From the NCBI GenBank assembly GCA_036172245.1, contig JAYWIR010000032.1, positions 186,001-250,000 on the forward strand: a stretch of 64,000 nt of DNA, given 5' to 3'. Of this stretch, positions 35,945 to 47,160 are shown in pieces (the stretch's first letter is position 1; the number at the start of each line of letters is the position of its first letter). A program made the position numbers and the translations under genes. This DNA comes from Raillietiella orientalis. Its lineage: Eukaryota. Under the pieces are notes generated by a model. That model was not told where the DNA came from, did no database searches, and was given only the letters and a program-made list of their open reading frames with translations.

Positions 35945-38900
35945 TGACGGCTACTCTGCAGCTGGACCCATTCCAGTGAAAGTGCACTCGGTAGCCATGG
36001 GATGGCGAGCGTTGCATCCTCTACGAGCACAGGAATCGGAATGCTCACGTGAATTTGCAAACACCGAAAGGGATCTGTGCGCACTCTGACGGTTGCACGG
36101 ATTTGACTGCGCCCTCTACAAGAGATGGTTTGGCTTCCAAGGGGAAGCATTTTTCTGAACGGTTATTTAACTCCTCGAGAAAGTGGTCACATGCAGATGC
36201 CCGCTTTTCTTACAATCATTTCAGGTCGAGACTGGAATTCATAGTATACCTTCCTTTTTTCCCCCGACTGCTCCGATGCGAGTTCTTTCAAGTTATGGGC
36301 CACAAAGAAACAACATGATACCAAATCTGCGACCTATCTTTCGTTTTTTCCCCATTAACAAGCTCTACTTCAAGAAAATAATTCAGCAACAACAGCTCTC
36401 TTCTTTAAAGATGACCGTGAAGCTGCGTAGGTGAGCACAACCTCTGACCGGTTGATCGAGGTGTCCTGACGGCAATTGCAGAAAGCAAGGTGGATGGTTT
36501 TCTCTGACCTCAGACCAGTCAGTCTCGCCAAAGTGGGATGCAACCGTCAAGCTCATTGGTACTAAGGACCAGAAGACCTATTCGTTCAAAGCTCACAGGT
36601 GAAATTTTTTCCTTCACGACTTTTTTGATAGAATGGCCCTACTTGTGGGCAAATGCGCATGACAGCAGTTTCTGCATTTACCACCGAATGAACTCATTCC
36701 CTTTTTTCTCTACACGTTACCAACCCTTAGTCTGATCACACATCACACACATCAGCATTCTCTGTCGAATGAGATTTCCCATTTGTGCACGAGCATACCC
36801 TTTTCGGCAGCCGAGAAGGATTCCTCACGTGCGCGTATCCTCTCCTAGAAAGCAGCCGCCGAACCTCGGTGACCCCTTTTTTTGCTGATAGGGCAGCGCT
36901 CACCACAGGGATGGCTTAATGACTTAAACCCAGCAGATTCTCATTTGCTCCTCTGCTTCCAGCCTCCGCATAGAAGCAGACAGGAAGGTGAAACATACAT
37001 CAAAAGGCATCACGGCTCACCTTAAATTGGACACTTTCTTGGCTGATGCCCCGGAAAAATTTGTGAAGGATTTGTCCACCGCGTTGAACCCCAGATCAAA
37101 AAAAAGCCAATCTGGGCTGCAAGAAGTTCCTCTGCAATGACCTTTGACTATTCACTGTAGAAAATTTTATTCCAGATCAACTGCAAACCGAAAATGAGTC
37201 CCCTCATGCACGTCGCGATCACACCAAAATACAAAATCTTGTTGGATTTCGGGAGCTACCACTTCAGGGTAACCCTCATTCTTTTTGTTCTTTTGTGTGG
37301 CGGTCTTCTTGCGAAAGCGGGCTCTGGATCGCCGCGATCGCTCCCGGGTGCAGGGAAAATGCGCGAAAGGGGGAATCCCCGTGTGCCTGATTCGAGTCTT
37401 CAAACTCGCAGCCCGATCTCATGAATGACCGGTCAACTGGTTAGGTGAATTTGTCTGAAGAAGCGCTGGCGGTTTCATGGACCATTGGAAGAAACTGCTA
37501 GCAGAATCACAGCTGAATTTCTTCCGCTTGAGCTCTTGTGCACTGTTTCGCATGTCCCGAGCCTCAGTAGCGCCAATTTTGCGATGCATCTTTTCCACGT
37601 AGTGTTTTCTCGATTTCACCGAGTGTGACACTCTACAGCTCGAGCTGTGCAGTAGCCCTCAGATACGTTGGGTAAAGCCACACCTACTTTCCGCAGAGAG
37701 CAGCGGAGGGCCTGCAGGAACATCTGGTGCTTTCCCGGAAGGCGCTCCCATTTATTACCTCTTGCAAAAGGGGACGTGCGTTTTTCCGATAAGTATCGTG
37801 GAACTGCGAAGTTGGGATGAGTCTCCTTGGCATTCGCATTCGCCATTTGTTTCTCCCTGCTTGCGCTCGCGCATGCGCGGTCAAACACTTCGCCGAGCTC
37901 GCGCGCAACTGATGCTGTGCGCAAGGGCAGAGCTTCCGTTGAGAAAATTCGAAGTGCTAAGTATCCTCTCATCCGCGCAGCGTTCGCACTCTCTTTTCAA
38001 ATTCCGGTGCTCTTCCATTTTTAAAAGATTTGCTTGAGGTCGCATTCGATCCAGTTAGTTGCGAGGAAATCTCATTTTCTTGTGCGATGTTCTCTTCCGA
38101 AAAGTTCCATGAGATTTTGATTCTTTTAGATAAGCGACAAGTGTTATCTAAAATTCCTCCCTTCCAAAAGTCTTCAATTGCATCTTTCAACAAGGATTAT
38201 AGAAGGCAAAGTCGTTGAAGTAGACTTCCAGAAGAATGAACTTCATTTTGGTACTGACATGCTGCCTGAGCCTCCTCCGCCCCCCTGTCCTGCAGAACCA
38301 ACAACCAAGGAATTTTTTTACTATGGATAATGTCTTCGATTTGAGGATCACCGTGTTTTGGGAAGTTCGTTCGGTGTTTGAAAGCACCGATGACAGCTCT
38401 GCTGACGCACTTCTAAAATCACGTGGCGGATCGGAATGTGTTTGAAATGCTTCTATTAAAAGAGCACGCCGGTGAGGAAGATTTTGTTTCGGACCGCTTC
38501 AAGGCAGCACATAAAATGCTAATTTTCGGCGAATTTCAACGGCTACACGTGTGGGCAGCGGCGGCGGTTGGGAAGACGGGATGCAAAAGCAAGCAGTGTC
38601 AAAACAGGTTCCAGTAATTCGAACACACTCTCATGAGAGGTTGGAGAAAGTCTTGCAAAACACAACGTTTGTTGGAGGGAAATAATGCTAGAGTCTCGGT
38701 GGCGACCTATTTCGGCATACAAATCCCAACTTTCTTGAAATCTCTCACCCATTAACTCCGTAACGTTCATTTCAAGAAAGGAAGGCAGTTCGGATAGCGT
38801 TGGTTCCCAACCGAAGACAGAAGTTGAACGAAAGGTGCATCGACCCGTAAGTCTTCACATCCAAAATTTCAAAACGGGAGGAAAAAAGGGGATGACAGCC

Positions 38901-40249
38901 AAAAAAACAATAGAAGTCCTCTGTTTTGGGGCAGCAATCTTTCGCATCTTTCCGTCTGCACCATTGTCAAAGCAAAGACTTGAAAAAGTCACGGAGCCAA
39001 ATGAAGTAAGAAATGAGGAAATGTGAATAAAGGCAAGCAAAGGACAATGGTCACTGATGTACGCCGTTCCTCACCTTTCGATCCGGTGCTGCAATCTCCG
39101 TCTCATATTATGGTTACAGTTCAGGCAATCTGGCAACCGTCTCTATGTCGTGACTGCCATCCCGGTGTCATCCCTTTGGTGTATTTCTCTTTCGACACAT
39201 GGCGGGACGTGATGATAGCGCGGATGGAAACCAAGCACATGTTGGGCGGTATCCGCTGGTGCAGAAGCGATGGTTTCGCAGTTCTTGGAGGGCACCAAAG
39301 TGCAAAAACAAATGTGGCGGTCTCGACTCTGCCGCCCGTCACCTGGCTCAATTCAGGGATGCCACTCCTGCTAAAACTCCTTGCTGCCGCTCGTTTCACA
39401 TGAATTCCTAGTTGATGAAGGGTTGCACAGCTCGTTTTCAGCTAAGCGGGAACAAAGAAGTATCCAGGCAATGAAAAGGAATGAATCGAGTTGGCTGTCT
39501 TTTGCTCCTCATAAGCGTGGTATTTAAAAGGCATAGATGGCTCTAAACCCGTTCTTTCATGACAGTATCGCAAGCGTGAGCAGACCCCGATCTGAAACAT
39601 TCTTGTTGTCATCCTTTTCTGCTCCTTATTTTATATTTGTCTTCCACCTTATCCCGGGCGCAGAGCCTCTTAAGGAAAGTCTTGTAGGGCGCTGCAAATT
39701 CCCGGATTCCCAGAAAGACTTGGAAGCGCCGCTCCAGAATGTTGGTTTTGGCATATAAACCTCAGAAAAGATCGCATTAAGACTCCAAAGTGGATGGAAA
39801 GCGATCGAATTTGTTGGTTTCACAGCTGCTCGTCATTGAGCGACGTGGGTCACCGAAGGAATCTGACGTCGCACCAACCGCCACCATGGTCGAATTTGCC
39901 CTTTTCCCCCGGTGTCCTCTCCAGCGGCTTCACAGCTAAGGAAAATTTCCGTCCGATGATGTCGAAGCGGCCATAAGTTTCAAGAGCAGATCATAGGCAT
40001 ATTGTCAGCCAAGCTTTCCCTAAACGCTCTCAGCCCCAACTGCAAGTAGGTACAAAAGAGAAGGGAACTCAGGCAGTTCTCCCTGCCTTATGATGCGCTG
40101 CACCAAAACATCAAACAATTTTTAACTGCTGAAAAAGACATCTATTAAAAGATTGCGACAGCAGGAGAATAGGTAGATCTTCAAGGCGGCCTCGAAGCCT
40201 ATGCGACCAACGAGCTTCTTCTTTAGCTCCGATCTCCTATCTCGAAGAA

Positions 40250-40800
40250 TTGTCAACCGTCGAGTGGAGTTAAACCGTGTCGAAGAGCAGCGAAGACAGA
40301 AAAGAAAGCATTTCCATGATCCTTGGCAAATGGTAACGACCGTAAAGGAAGGTAGAGCCTTTGGAACAAATCTACTGGCCAGTTGCCAATAGCTTTCTTT
40401 ACCGTAGAAAAAACCTCGGTAGCGCGTTCGTGGAACAATTTTTTAAGAAGGCCATTCTCGCCGAATAGGTGGCAATGGATCCTAATACACCTCTTTTTGA
40501 GGTGCCCATTGGCATCCAAGTGCCCGCAGTAGTTGGGCTTACTTTCGTACCAGAAGTCGACCTTCTTGCTGGAGATGTCAAGTTATTGGGGAAGCGCGCT
40601 GTTTTCGTGTAATGTAACACGTGCTCCAGCCATGCCGCTGAGGAGCTTGTCTTAGCTCTCGAACTTTCCTGCGTTGAACCGTATACTGGGCACCCTTTCG
40701 TATTTTCAAAGCGTCGCATGTACGGCAGCTCGACCCATACAAAGATTGACTCTTGTGAGGCGGACAAATAAGGACAAATAAGGACATTTTGTTCACTGTC
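40250..40800 (-). mobile_element. Decayed family-1 ORF1 relic
   Basis: VDFWYESKPNYCGHLDANGHLKKRCIRIHCHLFGENG. Confidence 0.75.
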
Positions 40801-40949
40801 ATTGAATAAATCTTCCTACCTTTAGTTTTAAGGTAGATTCTGATAAGGTGTTTTGCATGAGTTGCATCCTTGCAAGTCAGTTCCCCGATCTGATACCCGC
40901 TTAGGATGGAGTGATCATGAAGACCTTACCGACCTCTCATGTTTAGTTC

Positions 40950-41775
40950 GTGCATCGCCTTCTAGACCAAGCGGGGAACTTCTGGTTTAACTTCTTTCAC
41001 GTGCCAACTGTTTCTTCTAGCCATGCGCTGGAGTTGGCGGGCTGCAGGCCATCTTACTGTTCTCCTTTGCCAGTGTGGCCATGCGTCGTAGGAGGAGGCC
41101 GCATCTTCTTATTTTCAGGCCAAGGCACCGAAGAGAAGATGCGAATCCATCAGTCACGGACATACTTCTGTCAAGGAGGCGGGCCGGAACGCACCAAGAA
41201 GTGCTCCACATCTTCGCCGCGATGGCTTGGGTACGCCACTACAGCTGTGTTTGCACGCGCTTTAGCGTAAGCTCCGTCCCGACGTGGAGCGCACAAATCC
41301 TTCAGAGGCACAAGAGGCCCCTCGCTGTCCAACAGGGCGATGTGCAGGAGCTCCTATGTCCTCTTCTTAACTTTGATGGAGACGGAGCAAGCAAAAAGCA
41401 AGAAACCGAGGATATTGGCCACGAACCTGCTCCACACCGCGACCCATGCCCGCCAGTGAAACTTGTCCTCCAGGAACGGGCCGATCGCCGACTCCACTTT
41501 CTGGAGACGACCTGACCAAGCTTCCGACTGGCAGAAGTTTCACCAAAGAAACACCGAGGTACTTCAAGTACTTCTTTATGGGGATCTCTAAGCGGATCCA
41601 TTCCGACCGTCCTGCCCGCGACGAGTCCGTGAACAGGAACGACGACTTTGTCCTGTTCACCTGGAGGTCTGTCCCGCGGTGCAGCAACCCGAAGAAATCC
41701 TAGAGCGCCGATGCCGGGGTGGACCAGGGGAGCAGAAGCAGGAGGTCGTCGGCATAGGCAGACACGGCAACACAG
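40950..41775 (-). mobile_element. Element S: decayed ORF2 fragment (YADD to post-RT)
   Basis: VSAYADDLLLLLPWST, YLKYLGV, WCVPARLL. Confidence 0.85.
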
Positions 41776-42080
41776 TGGCCACCACCATCATTAGTGTCAT
41801 GCGTGGAATCGCCTCTTGCCGGAAGTTACGCATAGCCTGTTGAAATGTTAACGGGCTGAGTAGCGAAGGCAAGAGGCTTAGCGCGTCCAGCACCATGCGA
41901 CCATTCGAAATTGCACTTCTCCAAGAGGTACACGCTCTCCGAGGAGAGGATGTCCAGGAGATCGAGGGGCTCACAGGGGGGAGGCTACTTTGGCGATCAG
42001 GTGGAGACCACTCCCGCGGAGTGCCCTTACTTCTTAAGCCAGCCGTCGCTAATGCGCTGCGCACTGTACAGTTCGACGAT
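41776..42080 (+). mobile_element. Element P: EN N-terminal fragment
   Basis: MRGIASCRKLRIAC*NVNGL...LLQEVH...VQFDD. Confidence 0.85.
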
Positions 42081-42468
42081 GCCATCTGGATACGCCGGGC
42101 AGTTTGTTAAAACTTTCGTAAGGTCAACAACATACGTGGTACCAGGCCCCACTAACGGCCACGCAACAACGGAGCTGACGGGACTCCTAGACGTAGCCAG
42201 GTGTGACTCCCCTCGGCAGTGGAGGATAATGAGGATGAAAACAATAATAAACAAAAAAAGTAAGAAAACAAAACAAAAATAGTTTGGAGAAACGGGAAGG
42301 GATCGCATTCCACTTCGCGAAAAGCCCATCCTCTGCAGCATGCCCTCAAGGACCTCCTCCACTCGACCCAACCAGGGCCATCCGGTAGCTCTCCGCATAA
42401 AGCGTACTGCATCCTGGATGACGTCCCTCTCATAATGACGATTTTCTCGGTAGCGCCTTAGGAGGCGG
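42081..42468 (-). mobile_element. Element Q: 3' terminal fragment, apparently with a large internal deletion
   Basis: VRRLLRRY (pre-RT) joined directly to C-terminal DAVRFMRRATGWPWLG; T-rich UTR; degenerate AACAAA + CCCGG-CGTAT-CCAGA end. Confidence 0.78.
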
Positions 42469-43109
42469 CGAACGGCGGACGCAATTGTTGTGCGCTCCAT
42501 GGATCAGAAGTTTTTTGTTCGGAGTTTTGTGTGTGTTTCGCGGACTTTCACAGGCAGAAATGCCTGTGAACGCCGCAGTTTCAGGTGAGGGAGGCGGGAA
42601 GACCGCGTCTCCCAAGCCAAAGGAGGTGGGATCACGCCCCACCACTACTTCTCAACCTTCCCTCGCCACAACGGCGAGGGCTTGGAGCGCGGTGGAAGCG
42701 GCGGAAACGCCCAATGTCGCCACCGAAATACAATCCTACATCCAGGAGGGCAAGAATCCGGCCCTCATGTACAAGGTAGGAAACCTATGTTCTTCGTTAA
42801 CGGCGCGAAAGTTCGACAATGCCATCAAAAACATGGGCATTGCCGACCATGAAATTCTTTGAATCTCAATACGAAGAGGAGGGCAGTTGACGGAGCTCAT
42901 CTGCAAGGATGCAGCTCTTACTCACAAAATGCTTTGTACGCCCGTACAATTTGAGGGCAGGAATTTACTCCCCCACACGGTGGACCACTCCATTGTGGTT
43001 TACCTTACCGGGACAACAGTGCGAATGGATGAGAACGCCATCCGCGCTGAGCTTGAAAAATTCGCTAGCGTTTTCGCGATGTGGCGAAAGCCCAACAGCT
43101 TCGGAATGA
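42469..43109 (+). mobile_element. Element R: 5' end + ORF1 N-terminus (E subfamily), broken by T
   Basis: GGCGGACGCA 5' motif, ATG at 42560, MGIADHEIL shared with E. Confidence 0.88.
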
Positions 43110-45221
43110 TTTCCAGCCGGGTAATCCCGGGGCGTTTATTGGAAAAACATTCTACAAATGCGGTACCAGGCTTTACCAACGGCCACACAACAACGGACCT
43201 GCCGGGACGCCGGGACGCCTCCCGACGTGGCTCTCCTCGGCAGTGGAAGGGATGGGGGAGAAAACAAAAGGAAAAATAAAAAGTAAGGAAAACAAAAAGA
43301 AGTTGGAGAACTGGGAAGGGATCAATCTGCACTGGGAGGGGGGCCCATCCTTCGAAGGGAGCCCTTTAAGTCCATTCGAGTGGTACCCAGCTGGGGCCAT
43401 CCATAAGCTCTCGTCAGGAAGCGAACAGCATACGGGATGACGTCACTCTCGTTCTGGTCCACATCTTTGTCGCGTATATCACTCCACGCAGCCACGTTGC
43501 CACGGATGCAGCATAATGCTGCCACGGCTGCAGCTGGCTGCAGGGCGTCCCGCACGAAGAGGAGCCGGAGAACATCTCTGGGCGCGCTGCCCGTAGGGAG
43601 CCCTAGGTTCGTCCTAAACCGTTCCCACAGTGGTCGGAGGGCAGCACAGTCAACCAGAAGGTGGGGGAGCGATTCCCTCTCCACACACCGGGAACACTCA
43701 AAATTCACTCTTCCCCGGGTCCAGTGGAAGCAGCGCGCGTTGCAGGGCAGGCCCCAATGCAACGTCAGGAGCGCCGACTCTTGCCACTTAAGGAAGAGAA
43801 TCCTGGCTCCAATTAATACCGGAAGCCACTTCATGTCATCCATCGGGATGCCGAGCAGCTCACACCATCTTGCAAGTCCTCGCGGGAGGGCACTTGGGGT
43901 CGTAACATCCGCCAGTTCTCCCTTGGTCCAACCGTTTAACAATTTCTCTCGTTCTGAGATCCGGCAGGAGATTTGCCACTTCGGCGTCCCACCGCTGGTA
44001 AGAGTTCAAAACAAAAAGGGCAGCGCCGTAGCTAAAGGGGTGGTCTCCGCCCACGTGCTTCTGGCGGGACACAGCAAAGTGGACCGCAGAGTGCAGCAGG
44101 GGTTACTGCCGAATCGCAGGCGGTTCCAGTTTTCCTCTGTAGTGTTGTTCAACTTTGCCCACGTTCCAACGGTTTCCTCCAACCAGGTGGAGTAGATGGC
44201 GGGGCTGCAAACTATCCAACCGTTATCTCTCACCAAAGCTTCCATGCGTCCGAGGAGGAGGCCGCATCTTCTAACCTTCCGACCGCGGCACCGAAGATAG
44301 GACGCGAGCCCTTGGGAACCAAAAACACGGCTGGCAAGAAGGCAAGCCGAAACCCACTAGGGGGTAATCCACAACTTCGCTGCGAGGGCCAAAGTGCGCC
44401 ATCGCAGCTGGATCTCCAAGCGCTTTAGCGTCAGGAGGCCGAGACCGCCGTCCCGACGGGGAGCGCTTAAGTCTTTCAAGTTCACTCGTGGTCATCCGCT
44501 GCCCCAAAGGGCAATAAAGAGGAGGTCCTTGGTCTGTCTTTTCGACAAAGTAGGGACTAGGCAAACAAAAGATAGGGGGCGCAGGATGGGGGCCACGAAT
44601 GCGTTCCAAACCACGGCATGTTCAGGCAGAAGGAACTTGCCTTCCAGAAACGGGCTGAACGCCAGCTCTACCTTTTGGAGACGATCTGACCAGGCTTCTC
44701 CTAAGCAGAAGTCCCTCAACGGGCACCAAAATACTTCAGGCACGTGGCCTTGGGGATCCCCAAGCGGCTCTAGTCAGGCCGTCTTACCCACGTCGCACCA
44801 ATCGCTACCATCGACGACTTCGCCTTGTTAACACGCAGTCCAGTCCCGCGGCTTAGCAGATCGAAGAAATCCTCGACTGCGGCTGCCAGGCAGGACATGG
44901 GCAACATCAGCAGAAGATCGTCGGCGTATTCTGCAGCAGTGGACGTGCAGCGGCATGAGCAAGGCAAGGCAGCCAAAGTCACCCTGTACAATCTCAGCAT
45001 TAACTCAAAGTAGGTGCTAAAGAGCAGGGGAATAAGGCTATCGCCCTGCCGTATGCCTAGTCGCACCGGCACGCCATACGCTGTGCTTCCACTGTAATGA
45101 ACATTCATCAACGCGCAGCACCAGCATGAGCGCAGGTAGGAGGAAAAGGAGGGTAAGAAGCCCATGCGACCCAGCAGCTCCAGCAGGAGATCCTGGTCTA
45201 CGCACTCGAACGCCTTGCGTA
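43110..45221 (-). mobile_element. Element T: 3' part of family-1 LINE (A-like)
   Basis: Begins at RKAFECVDQ, YADD, CSRC...HLLVDC; 3' end AATAAA + CCGGG-ATTA-CCCGG at 43110-43140. Confidence 0.9.
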
Positions 45222-47160
45222 CTCCAAGGTGGACGTGTTTTCTCGGTGCTCCTCGTGCCACGAAGTCCTCCCCAGTGCAAGCGTCGTGTGGTTCGGTGGT
45301 CGATCAGGCAGCGATGCCTGACGCGACGACCAGGGATGCCCAGGGGGTAACGGCAACGCCGCCCCCAGAGGCGATATAGAGCCAGGGGGTGGCGGCAACG
45401 TCGCCCCCAGAGGCGATAGAGGTGGGGGCATCCGCCCCCATAAAATCGGTCTTCGCATCAGCGCGGGCGTGGAGCGCCGTTGTGTCGGCGCCATCGCCTA
45501 CAGCCGCGGCGGAATTGTCGGCCTATGTAGAGAAGGGGTACCACCCCTCATTGTTCTGCAAGGTAGGCAATTTATATTCTTTAGAGAGCGCGCGCGCCTT
45601 TTCGAAGGGCATGCGCGCTCTCGATGTGAAAGAAGAGGAGCTCAGCGCTATGACCATCCGCAGCGAGGGTCAGTACGTTGAGGTCATCTGCAAAGAAGAA
45701 TAGCTTGCCCAAGGACTGCTTAAAACCCCCGTGGTGATGAAGACGCGCAGGCTCCTCCCTGTTACGGAGGACCGCAGCACGGTGGTCCACCTTTTAGGCG
45801 TTACCGCGCTAATGCGCAAAGAACAGGTTCGCGCCGCTCTAGAACAGTTTGGAAGGGTCCACGCGCACAGGACGAAAGTTAGTCCCTTTGAGGACTACAC
45901 GAGGCTGCAACACGGCCTCACGGCTACGCGCGATGCACGCGTGACCGTTTGGGAGCACTCCACTCTTCCCCACAAACTGGTGGTCGAAGGCGAAACCGTC
46001 GACCTGTGGTATGTGGAGAAGCCGAAATAATGCGGCTTCTGCAATACGTCAAACCACCTCAAAAAGAGGTGTCCCAATGTGCAGTGTCAAGTATGCGGAA
46101 CCATGAGACACACGAGGGAGGTGTGCCCTAAAGGAGCAGTGCGGGTGGTTTCCAACAGAAAGCGTAAAAAGCGCGCCCGGCTTCTGCAGAAAAGGCTGGC
46201 GGCGAAAGCTGCCGCGAAGGCTGTGATACCCGCGCCCAAGACCCAGGCCGAACCTGAGACCCCGGCGACCAACGCCGAAAAAGTTGAGGGGGCCGGATAG
46301 GAGACTGGGTGGCAAGTGGCAACGGCCAAAAAATCAAAGAAGCAGAAGAGGATGGAAAAACAAATCGCCTACCAACAGAAGAAGATAGAGCAGGGTAGCG
46401 CGATAATTAAAGAGTGCAGCGTTGTCGTCGAACGCGTTCCCGATGTTGCCGAACGCTGCCAGAAAGAACTAGCCACTACCTACGACCTCCCCTCTGTTGA
46501 CTCTGTAAACAGCGTGGGGAGCGAGCCAGCGGCGGCGTCCGTCATTGACAATACCATCGATGACGTAGCCTTCGCGTGAGCCGCGGAGGAACTGGCTGAC
46601 TCGTTGCAGCCAGAACCCTCCAAGGCTGGCAAGAAAGCGTTACGGCGTCGGGCCTCCCCTACGGAGTCCCCCACTACCAATCCCGAGATGGAGGCCGGAA
46701 GCTCAGCCTCCGTTTCCAGGGCACCCCGCAAGAAGGCTGGACGTAAGTCCACAAAGCCGATGAAGTCCATCTCCCCTGTCGAGGGGAAAGAGATGGCTTC
46801 CGCAAGCGAGGGTGCCATGAGCGTGGGAAACTCGCGGGACCCGTCGCCCGAGAGAATCCCACGCGCGGACACTGAGAGGATGGAGGGGGTGGACGCCGAA
46901 CAGGTGCCTCAGGTGCCTGAGAAGGCCGGAACCCCCATGGGCATACAACCCGCCTCGCAAGAGGCGGGTTTTCCCACACCTTAATCTTCCCAGCAGTAAT
47001 GCCGGGAATCTCCTTCCGCCGTGGTCTGCACATCGCCGTTTGGAACGTGAACGGCATGGCAGACGCCGGCAGGAGACGAGACATGGCCGCCTTCTCGAGT
47101 CCTACGACCTTGCGCTGCTGCAAGAGATCCACGTGATATCTGCAGAACAAGCGCAAGAGA
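45222..47160 (+). mobile_element. Element U: 5' part (J subfamily ORF1 45314-46984 with stops, start of EN), broken by V
   Basis: 5' end CTCCAAGGTGGACGTGTTTT; two knuckles; TAATG at 46997-47001; WNVNG. Confidence 0.9.
45339..45420 (+). repeat. Tandem duplication of ~42 bp in U ORF1
   Basis: CCAGGGGGT..CGGCAACG.CGCCCCCAGAGGCGATA occurs twice; a diverged version is in X, and J has a single copy. Confidence 0.8.

Noticed and set aside
33300..40250. Short ORFs in the decayed core as host genes
   Set aside because: All are short with no recognisable domain. A spliced gene cannot be excluded without RNA data or a homology search.
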